Shown here in pieces: positions 1 to 6,749 of a stretch of DNA of 19,304 nucleotides; positions within the stretch are counted from its first letter, which is position 1, and every line of letters starts with the position of its first letter. The notes under the pieces were generated by a model. The model saw only the letters and a program-made list of their open reading frames with translations, ran no database searches and had not been told where the DNA came from. Position numbers and translations under genes: made by a program. The stretch is from Myxococcota bacterium (GTDB lineage Bacteria; Myxococcota_A; UBA9042; PHBI01; JAWLBL01): NCBI GenBank assembly GCA_041687695.1, contig JAWLBL010000048.1:9719-29022 (forward strand). Reading direction: 5' to 3'.

Positions 1-93
1 TCCCGGCGGCAAGCCGCCGGGGCCGGGGCTCCGGCAAGCCGGAGCACTCCAGGGCGGCCTCCGCCGGCATCAACACGAAGCCGGCGTGGCCGG
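1..93. repeat. Double-hairpin REP-like element, copy A
   Basis: Contains the hairpins CCCGGCGGC-AA-GCCGCCGGG and GCTCCGGC-AA-GCCGGAGC. 1-93 is repeated exactly at 232-324, and 1-51 is the exact reverse complement of 19254-19304. Confidence 0.9.
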
Positions 94-144
94 CGCGGTT
101 CATAGCGTCGGGGTGGTCGGCGGGGTTCACAGCGTCGGCGTGGC
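80..144 (+). repeat. About 2.5 degenerate copies of the 27-bp hairpin unit
   Basis: gccggcgtggccggcgcggttcatagc / gtcggggtggtcggcggggttcacagc / gtcggcgtggc matches the unit tandemly repeated at 5961-6175. Confidence 0.75.
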
Positions 145-218
145 GAGGGTGTCGTAAAAGGTCAACCGGAGTGCTCCACCTTGGTGGAGCCCCCATCAGG
201 CGCAGCTCGCTGCGCCGG
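145..218. repeat. Divergent double-hairpin element, copy B (opposite orientation to A and C)
   Basis: GAGGGTGTCGTA (145-156, also at 19220-19231), then GGAGTGCTCC-ACC-TT-GGT-GGAGCCCC (168-193), then a second hairpin GGCGCAGC-TC-GCTGCGCC (199-216). Confidence 0.75.
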
Positions 219-231
219 GTTTGCGGCCAGA

Positions 232-370
232 TCCCGGCGGCAAGCCGCCGGGGCCGGGGCTCCGGCAAGCCGGAGCACTCCAGGGCGGCCTCCGCCGGCA
301 TCAACACGAAGCCGGCGTGGCCGGGTCGGTCCATAGCGCCGGCGCGGGGCCGGCTGCGGCGGCGGGCGAC
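232..370. repeat. Double-hairpin element copy C followed by a 27-bp unit and shared tail
   Basis: 232-324 is identical to 1-93. The following ggtccatagcgccggcgcggggccggctgcggcggcgggcga resembles the end of the 27-bp array and its tail at about 6147-6198. Confidence 0.85.
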
Positions 371-503
371 GCGGTCACGACGTTGCGACGGTCCTGGACG
401 GCGCGGGGGGAATTGCGGGGCTGGGCGTGCAGGGCTACAGTCGCGGCGTTGGCGTGACCGTCCGTACCGCTGTGGCCAAGGGCAGCGATGGGAGGAGGAG
501 CTG

Positions 504-1904
504 ATGCCTCAGCAATCACGTGAGACTTCGCCCGAGCGGTCCGCGAGGGCTCCGGCCGGCGCGGCAGGGGCGGCGGGTCAGCAGGCCCCGGCCGGGGGCG
601 GAGGGCGGGACGCGTTCGTCAATGCCTCGCTTCGCAGGATGAATTATGAGGAGGGGCGGGAGTTCCTGCGGCCCGAGGGCGGCGGCCTGGCCAGCGCGCT
701 CGAGCCGGCGGCGGGTGCCGGGGGGGCACCCGGGTCGGCCGCCGGGGTGACGAGCAGGCCCCAGACGAAGTCCGCGCCGGCCGAGGGCGCCGCCGAGACC
801 GAGGCCTCGGGGGCCATCGCGTTCGGGGCGATGGTCGCCTCGCCCCGGATCGAGCCCGGAAAGGCACAGCGCGTCGGAGACCTGGATCTGGGCAACCCGA
901 CCGCCAAGAAGATCCACAAGGCCGAGCCGTCCCTGAAGCCTCACCAGGACCGGACCTGGAAGCGCGTGGCGGACTTCGTCGGGGTCCACATCGAGCTGCT
1001 CCAGGCCTTCAACGCGGATCTGGATATCTCGCCGCTGGCCGAGGCCGCGCCCGAGGTGACGGTGTACGTCCCCTCGCCGCAGGAGGTCCTGTTCCTGCAG
1101 TACTGCCGCGAGGCCGACCCGTCGGTGACCGGCCTGGAGGTGCGCACCGACGCGGCGGGGTTGGCCAAGCGGCTGCCCGAGGCGGCCGCCAAGCTCCAGG
1201 GACTGCGTGACGCGGGCGCCCTCGCGGTCGTCGAGCAGGCGCGCGTCCGGGCCTCGGGCGAGACCGGGGACGCCTACGCGACCAAGAGCCCCTGGGCCTA
1301 CTCGCCCAACCCGAACATGGGCAAGGGAAAGACGGAGGCCGTCGTTGACGGTCGCACCGAGCGCGTCGGCCGCTGGGGCTCGCACGCCAACAAGTGCAAC
1401 CTGTACGCCCACGACGTGACGCACGCGGCTGGGCTCGACACGCCGATTCAGGGCAACCGGCACTACGCGACGGCGGGGAGTACCTGGGAGCACTACACGA
1501 CCAAAGCCGGCGAAGAGTCACAGGCCAAGCACCTGTTCGACGAGGTCTCGTTCGAGGATGCTCGTCCTGGCGACCAACTCGTCCTGTATGGGTCATCGCG
1601 CGAGGACGAGAGCCACATAGAAGTGGTCACATCGAGGGCTGACTCGGACTCTGTGTATACGTCTGGTGCGCACAACTCCGGTGCATGGGAAACCAGGCAT
1701 TTCAGCACTTTGGATGCCCTGAAGAAGGCGATGGCGCCGCACGTCGAGGCCGAGCTGGCCCGAATCCGAGCGCGGACTCGTCACACCACGGAGACTCAGA
1801 TAGAGAAGCAGCGAAGCAGGCTCGAACAGTCGCTCAGGTACGAGCTTCACTTCGATCTGCTCAAGGGTGACGCGCGCTTCGTCAGGCACAAGGCTATGAA
1901 GTAG
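504..1904 (+). CDS. Putative peptidoglycan hydrolase effector: low-complexity N-terminus, LysM-like domain, C-terminal NlpC/P60/CHAP-like Cys-His domain (466 aa)
   Basis: GGAGGAG RBS precedes ATG at 504, a better start than the 171 given in the ORF track. LysM-like pattern DRTWKRVADFVGVHIELLQAFN...VTVYVPS at about 945-1076. Papain-like amidase pattern KCNLYAHDV..AAG (Cys 1395-1397), RPGD.LVL and SHIEVV (His 1614-1616). No signal peptide. Confidence 0.7.
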   Translation: MPQQSRETSPERSARAPAGAAGAAGQQAPAGGGGRDAFVNASLRRMNYEEGREFLRPEGGGLASALEPAAGAGGAPGSAAGVTSRPQTKSAPAEGAAETEASGAIAFGAMVASPRIEPGKAQRVGDLDLGNPTAKKIHKAEPSLKPHQDRTWKRVADFVGVHIELLQAFNADLDISPLAEAAPEVTVYVPSPQEVLFLQYCREADPSVTGLEVRTDAAGLAKRLPEAAAKLQGLRDAGALAVVEQARVRASGETGDAYATKSPWAYSPNPNMGKGKTEAVVDGRTERVGRWGSHANKCNLYAHDVTHAAGLDTPIQGNRHYATAGSTWEHYTTKAGEESQAKHLFDEVSFEDARPGDQLVLYGSSREDESHIEVVTSRADSDSVYTSGAHNSGAWETRHFSTLDALKKAMAPHVEAELARIRARTRHTTETQIEKQRSRLEQSLRYELHFDLLKGDARFVRHKAMK

Positions 1905-2942
1905 ATGTTGCCCCAGGTTGCCCTGTTGATGACTCTGGCGTCCGCGCTCGTGCCGGCTGAGCCTGAGGCTGCGGACTGGACGCGGGTGTCGTTCGATGGG
2001 GCTGGGATTCTGTCGCTCGCATTGGACGACGAGGACCCGCGGCGGTTGGCGGCGCTGGGCGCGAGTGGGCTGTATGTCTCGGAGGACGAGGGGGCGTCCT
2101 GGCGACGTGTCGAGCGCGACGACCTGGGGTGCTTGGGCGTGGCGGTGATGGAGCTGCGCGGGGCTTTGGCCGTCATTGGGTGCGTGGAAGAGTGCCTGGT
2201 CGTCGATCTCGAGTCGGGACAGAAGCGGGCCTGCGAAGCGGAGCATCCCTGGAGGGACCGGGAGTTCATGGCGGGGCACGCGAAGGAGTGGGCCTCGCTT
2301 CAGCGAGTCGGGAAGAGATTCATGAATCGGCTTGGGCGTGTGTGGCCTTATCGCGGCTGGTTCAAGGTCGCGGGTGTTCAGCGGGGGCACCGGGTCTGGC
2401 TGGCCCACACCCAGGCGGGCGTTTATCGGAGCGGGGATGGCGGGCGGAGCTTTGCACACAGCTCGAAGGGCATGAAGGACCGGCAGGTAGCGTGGTTTCA
2501 GGCGTTGTCCGACAAGCCGGGCGCTGCACGAGTCGGAATGCAGTTCATGACGCACGCCTACGGTGCGTCGCGCTTCAGCGGCGGAGAGACCTTCGAGGCG
2601 GGATGGGGCGTCTGCTGGGAGACGCCGGCCGGGTGCTGGTCGTGCCAGCACGCCAACGAGAAGTTCCGGCCGAGGAACACGCCCGACGTCACCCGGATGG
2701 ACTTCATGCGGCCGAAGCTCGAGTGGGTGTTCGTCGGCCGGGGCGAGTATGGGTTGCCTCCCGAGGTCAACGCAGGGTTCGCGGTCTGGCCGTCGGAAGA
2801 GGACCCCGTGCTGGTCGGGACCGACGCGGGGCTGTTCATCAAGTCCAGCCCGTCGGGCCCGGGTCTGTGCGCCGACTCGCCCATCGGGGGGACGGCGGCG
2901 GCGAGTCGGCCGCGGAAGGAACACGCGAAGGAGAGGCGGTGA
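1905..2942 (+). CDS. Secreted BNR/Asp-box (beta-propeller-like) protein, candidate immunity protein (345 aa)
   Basis: ATG directly follows the upstream stop (TAG-ATG). Hydrophobic N-terminus MLPQVALLMTLASALVPA. Asp-box motifs YVSEDEGASW and YRSGDGGRSF. Several cysteines. Confidence 0.65.
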   Translation: MLPQVALLMTLASALVPAEPEAADWTRVSFDGAGILSLALDDEDPRRLAALGASGLYVSEDEGASWRRVERDDLGCLGVAVMELRGALAVIGCVEECLVVDLESGQKRACEAEHPWRDREFMAGHAKEWASLQRVGKRFMNRLGRVWPYRGWFKVAGVQRGHRVWLAHTQAGVYRSGDGGRSFAHSSKGMKDRQVAWFQALSDKPGAARVGMQFMTHAYGASRFSGGETFEAGWGVCWETPAGCWSCQHANEKFRPRNTPDVTRMDFMRPKLEWVFVGRGEYGLPPEVNAGFAVWPSEEDPVLVGTDAGLFIKSSPSGPGLCADSPIGGTAAASRPRKEHAKERR

Positions 2943-3016
2943 GGCCGGCTGCTGACGCTGCGTGGGGCGGTGGTGACGAGCTGGGCCGAGAGGAGGCGCG
3001 GGGGCGAGAGGGGCGG

Positions 3017-3631
3017 TCAGGGGCCGAAGCGGGTGTGGCGCGCGATGCTTGGGCGGTCGGCGAGGCGGTCGGCCCAGGCGCGGAGGGCGGGGGGCGCCGC
3101 GGGGAGGGGGTAGGCCGCCGCGTTCAGTTGGGAGAGGAAGGGGGCGAAGGCGAGGTCGGCGAGGCTGAAGGCGCCGAGCAGGAAGGGGCGGTCGGCGAGG
3201 GCGTGGGCGACGCGGGCGAGGGCGGCGGTGATGGCCTGGGTGGCCTCGGCGACGACCATATCGTCGACGGGCGCGAGGGGGGCGCGGAGATAGGTCTGCT
3301 GGGCGAGGGCGTAGGAGGGCGCCGCCAGCGCGCGGTCGCACAGGTCGAAGAGGAGGCGCGCGCGGGCGCGAGCCGCGGGGGCGGTGGGCAGGAGGGGGGC
3401 GCCGGGGTAGCGCTCGTCGAGGTACTCGGCGATGAGGCGTGACTCGTAGACCGCGAGGTCGCCGTCGACGAGCAGGGGCACCTCGGCGCGCGGATGGCGG
3501 GCGACGAGCGCGGCCGGTTTGGCGTTCAGGTCGACCTCGACGCGGTGGTAGGGCAGGCCCTTTTCGTCGAGCACGATGCGGACGCGGGCGCAGAAGGGGC
3601 AGCTCGAGACCTGATAGAGGGAGATGGCCAT
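3017..3631 (-). CDS. Glutathione S-transferase family protein (204 aa)
   Basis: CPFC motif, VPLL, ES..IAEYLDERYP and FSLADLA N-capping motif. AGGAG RBS upstream. Confidence 0.93.
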   Translation of the reverse strand: MAISLYQVSSCPFCARVRIVLDEKGLPYHRVEVDLNAKPAALVARHPRAEVPLLVDGDLAVYESRLIAEYLDERYPGAPLLPTAPAARARARLLFDLCDRALAAPSYALAQQTYLRAPLAPVDDMVVAEATQAITAALARVAHALADRPFLLGAFSLADLAFAPFLSQLNAAAYPLPAAPPALRAWADRLADRPSIARHTRFGP

Positions 3632-3672
3632 GGGACGGCGCTCCTGGGTGGGGGCGATGGGCAGGGGGGCGT

Positions 3673-3707
3673 GACGAGGGGCGGACGCGCGGGTCCGCCG
3701 CCTCGTC
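3673..3707. other. Intergenic GC-rich stem-loop between the cyclase and GST genes (possible mRNA-stabilising or attenuating hairpin)
   Basis: GACGAGGGGCGGAC ... GTCCGCCGCCTCGTC forms a near-perfect inverted repeat with one bulge. No U-tract. Confidence 0.4.
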
Positions 3708-3733
3708 GGGGCAGGGGGCGCGCGGGACGAGCG

Positions 3734-4825
3734 TCAGCGCCGTGCGGCGGGGCGCTTCAGCGGGAACGCCATGGGCCGCATGGGGGCGCCGCTGGCGCCG
3801 CGGAGCTTGAGCGACGCCCCGATGAAGACCACCTCGTAGACGCGGTCGCGCGCGAGCTCCTCGAGGTCGACCACCTCGAGGAACGGGACGCCGCGCTCGG
3901 CCAGCAGGAAGGTGTGGACCGGCACCCAGTTGTCCTCGGTCTCGACCGGGAAGGTCTCGAGGCTGAGGTTGTCGGCGCCGAGCGTCATCGCCTTCTGGTC
4001 GTCGATGAGCCAGCGCGCCGCCGCCAGCCCCAGCCCCGGCGGGGCGTCCATGTAGCGGGCGTTGTCCGGGTCGTGGAAGTGACGCATGCGCCCGGTGCGC
4101 ACCAGCACGACGTCGCCCGGCGCGAGGGTGGTCTTCTGCCAGGCGAGCGCCTGCTGGAGATCGGCGGGGGTGATGCGGTAGGAGGGCGGCAGCTCGTCGA
4201 GCCCCTTGGCGCCCGCGACGTCGATGAGCACGCCGCGCGCGACGATGGGCGGCAGGACCTCGGCGCCGGCCCGCTTCCAGCCGCGGTCGCCGACGTGCTC
4301 GGAGGCCGCGAATCCGTTCCAGATGTGCCCGTCGAGGCCGAAGTGGTTGAGGGCGTCGATGTGCGTGCCCATGTGGGTGTACATCGTCACCGCGTCGCCG
4401 GTGTAGCTGACCTTGTCGTTCATCGCGCGGCCGTGGCCGAGCGGGTCGTCGACCGCGTGGCCGTGCGGGGTGTGCGTGAGGTGGTACTGGTAGCGCGGGT
4501 CGCCGAGCGCGTACCAGCTGGGCATGCCGACGAAGTAGTCGACCGAGAGGTCGTAGACCTTGCCGGAGCCGATCTGCCGCAGCGCGGCGAGGCGGGTCGC
4601 GTCGGTCATGAGGTTCAGGGTGCCGATCTGGTCGTCGGGGCCCCAGGGGCTCTGGCCAGGGTGGGGCGTCGGCGCGGCCGCGTGCGCCGCGTGCGCCGGG
4701 TGAGCCGGCGGCGAGGCGGAATCCCGCGGTGCAGCATGGCCCGGTCCGCAGGCCGTCAGGAGGGGAGGCAGGGCCAAGGTGGCGCACAGGGCGCCGAAGA
4801 GGCGGAGGGCAGGGGCGGTTCGCAT
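3734..4825 (-). CDS. Cyclase-family (kynurenine formamidase/isatin hydrolase-like) metal hydrolase with lipoprotein signal (363 aa)
   Basis: HMGTHIDA metal motif, WG..DQIGTLN, RGVLIDV, GDVVLVRTG, GADN and PVH..LL..RGV. Start MRTAPALRLF at 4825 with GGAGA RBS. Lipobox-like LTAC. Confidence 0.9.
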   Translation of the reverse strand: MRTAPALRLFGALCATLALPPLLTACGPGHAAPRDSASPPAHPAHAAHAAAPTPHPGQSPWGPDDQIGTLNLMTDATRLAALRQIGSGKVYDLSVDYFVGMPSWYALGDPRYQYHLTHTPHGHAVDDPLGHGRAMNDKVSYTGDAVTMYTHMGTHIDALNHFGLDGHIWNGFAASEHVGDRGWKRAGAEVLPPIVARGVLIDVAGAKGLDELPPSYRITPADLQQALAWQKTTLAPGDVVLVRTGRMRHFHDPDNARYMDAPPGLGLAAARWLIDDQKAMTLGADNLSLETFPVETEDNWVPVHTFLLAERGVPFLEVVDLEELARDRVYEVVFIGASLKLRGASGAPMRPMAFPLKRPAARR

Positions 4826-4960
4826 GAGGGATCTCCGTCGAGGGCTGGGTGGACGCTCTGGCCGCCGCGCTTCGGCGTCCGAGACCCCCCGACCGTATCC
4901 ACTGGTGTTGCGCGTGATAATCCGCCAAGATCCAGGAGGACTTTTTGCCGGACGTGAACA
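4826..4960. promoter_or_regulatory. Divergent promoter region between LysR and the cyclase-GST pair
   Basis: 135-bp gap between divergent starts, locally richer in A/T (gtgataatcc, ggactttttg). This is the standard LysR/target layout. The exact operator was not identified. Confidence 0.55.
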
Positions 4961-5926
4961 ATGGACCTGTTCCACTGCATGCGGGCCTTCCGCCGCGTGG
5001 TCGAGCTGCAAGGCTTCTCGGCGGCCGCGCGCGATCTCGGGCTGGCCACCGCCACCGTGAGTAGCGCTGTGGCCCAGCTCGAGGAGCGCCTCGCGACCAA
5101 GCTCCTGCTGCGCACGACCCGCCGCATGTCCCTCACCGCGGAGGGCGCCGCCTACTACGAGCGGTGCGTCCGTCTGCTCGACGACCTCGAGGAGCTCGAG
5201 GGCTCGCTGCCCGGCGCCGACGCCGCCCCGACCGGCACGCTGAAGGTCAACGCGCCGATGTCGTTCGGGCTGCTGCACCTCGCCCCGCTCGTGCCCGAGC
5301 TGCTCGCGCGCTGGCCGGCGCTGCGCATCGACCTGGCGCTGACCGATCGCTTCGTCGACGTGGTCGAGGAGGCCGTGGACGTGGCCGTTCGCGTCTCGCC
5401 CGAGCTGCCCGACTCGGCGACCCTCGCCGTGCAGCGCCTCGCCAGCGCGCGCCAGGTGCTGTGCGCGTCGCCCGGCTACCTCGAGGCCCGGGGCGTGCCC
5501 CGGACCCCGGCCGACCTCGCCGCCCACGAGTGCATCACCTACAGCCTGAGCCGCACGCCCGGTGTGTGGGAGCTGGCGGGGCCGACGGGCACGACCCGGG
5601 TGCCGGTGACGGGGCGGGTCGTCGCGAACAGCAGCCTGGTCATCCGTCAGGCGCTTCTCGCGGGGCTGGGGCTGTCGCTGATCCCGTCGTTCTACGTCGG
5701 CCCCGAGCTCGCCTCGGGCCAGCTGCGCGTCGTGCTGGACGACCACCCGGCCCCGCCGCTGCACGTCAGCGCGGTCTATCAGCGCTCGCGTTACCTCGCG
5801 CCGCGCGTGAGGGCGCTCATCGGCCTGCTGCGCGAGCGGTGGGCCGTCGCCGATTGGGTGGCGCCGGCGGCCGCGCGCGAGCGGGCGCCTCGCGGGGCGA
5901 TGGACGCCGACGGGGCTGCTTCGTAG
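4961..5926 (+). CDS. LysR-family transcriptional regulator (CrgA/DmlR-like, 321 aa)
   Basis: HTH F..VVELQGFSAAARDLGL....VS..VAQLEERL.TKLL.RTTRRMSLT.EG, followed by the substrate-binding domain GTLKVNAP.SFG, DVAVR and CASPGYL. Confidence 0.96.
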   Translation: MDLFHCMRAFRRVVELQGFSAAARDLGLATATVSSAVAQLEERLATKLLLRTTRRMSLTAEGAAYYERCVRLLDDLEELEGSLPGADAAPTGTLKVNAPMSFGLLHLAPLVPELLARWPALRIDLALTDRFVDVVEEAVDVAVRVSPELPDSATLAVQRLASARQVLCASPGYLEARGVPRTPADLAAHECITYSLSRTPGVWELAGPTGTTRVPVTGRVVANSSLVIRQALLAGLGLSLIPSFYVGPELASGQLRVVLDDHPAPPLHVSAVYQRSRYLAPRVRALIGLLRERWAVADWVAPAAARERAPRGAMDADGAAS

Positions 5927-5960
5927 GCGCTTCGCCGCCCGCGTCGCGAAGGAAAGGGGT

Positions 5961-6175
5961 CCATAGCGCCGGCGTGGCCGGCGCGGTCCATAGCGCCGGC
6001 GCGGCCGGCGCGGTCCAAAGCGCCGGCGTGGCCGGCGCGGTCCATAGCGCCGGCGTGGCCGGTGCGGTCCAAAGCGCCGGCGTGGCCGGCGCGGTCCAAA
6101 GCGCCGGCGTGGCCGGCGCGGTCCAAAGCGCCGGCGTGGCCGGCGCGGTCCAAAGCGCCGGCGTGGCCGGCGCGG
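5961..6175 (+). repeat. Tandem array of 8 x 27-bp hairpin units
   Basis: Unit CCA(T/A)AGCGCCGGCGTGGCCGGCGCGGT starts at 5961, 5988, 6015, 6042, 6069, 6096, 6123 and 6150. The consensus holds the 8-bp stem GCGCCGGC-GTG-GCCGGCGC. Confidence 0.95.
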
Positions 6176-6290
6176 GGCCGCCTGCGGCGGCGGACGATAC
6201 AGCTTCGGCTTCGCCAGGGGCCTGGGGCCGAGCAGGGGCTGGGGTGCAAAGTCGACGCGGTGGGGCTAGGCTCTCGCCGCGTCGGGATGC

Positions 6291-6470
6291 TTGCAGGACT
6301 TCCCCAAGGTCGTCATCGCCAAGGCCCGCCGCGGCGAGCACAAGCTCTACCGCGTCGCGGCCGACGGGGTGAGCGGCCGGCACGTCATCATCGCCCTGTT
6401 TCCGATGCAGATGCCCGACGAGGTGGTGCTGATGTGGGTGCGCGGCCTGACGTTCTACCCGCTGCAGTGA
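6291..6470 (+). CDS. Small hypothetical protein or 3' gene remnant (59 aa), not in the ORF track
   Basis: TTG..TGA frame reads (M)QDFPKVVIAKARRGEHKLYRVAADGVSGRHVIIALFPMQMPDEVVLMWVRGLTFYPLQ. Nearly all codons end in G/C and the composition is protein-like. In-frame TAG at 6267. No clear RBS. Confidence 0.55.
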   Translation: MQDFPKVVIAKARRGEHKLYRVAADGVSGRHVIIALFPMQMPDEVVLMWVRGLTFYPLQ

Positions 6471-6580
6471 AGGCGCGGGGGGCGCGGGGCGGCGGACGGC
6501 AGGCGGCCGGTCGAAGCCGAAGGCTGAGGGGGTGGGGGCGGACTGGGTCGCCGACCGGGATGGAGACCTCTCCAGGCGGC

Positions 6581-6716
6581 CCGGCCCGAAAGTGACAAGT
6601 GATTGGACCTGACCCCTTTCCCGGCCCGAAAGTGACAAGTGATTGGACCTGACCCCTTTCCTGACCCGGCGGCGAGCCCCACCCGGCCCGGGGCTCGTCG
6701 AACTGACCCCTTTCCT
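6581..6716. repeat. 40-bp exact tandem duplication plus a third CTGACCCCTTTCC motif
   Basis: ccggcccgaaagtgacaagtgattggacctgacccctttc occurs at 6581-6620 and 6621-6660. ctgacccctttcct occurs at 6703-6716. Confidence 0.92.
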
Positions 6717-6749
6717 CGACCTTCTTTCCTCCGGCGGTCCAGCGCCCGG

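Noticed and set aside
171..503. N-terminal extension of ORF 171..1904
   Set aside because: It runs through palindromic repeats and is Arg/Gly-rich. A strong GGAGGAG RBS supports ATG 504.
1593..4961. 1122-aa minus-strand ORF
   Set aside because: Arg/Pro-rich out-of-frame shadow of the cyclase, GST and ORF2 genes, typical of very high GC DNA.
4826..5764. N-terminal extension of the cyclase ORF (3734..5764)
   Set aside because: It is antisense to the LysR gene. The signal peptide and RBS define the start at 4825.
5961..6175. Possible CRISPR array or coding repeat (PATPALWTA / AGVAGAVQS peptides)
   Set aside because: Units are head-to-tail with no spacers. The 27-bp period keeps frames open by chance, and the ORFs crossing it lack credible starts and overlap LysR.
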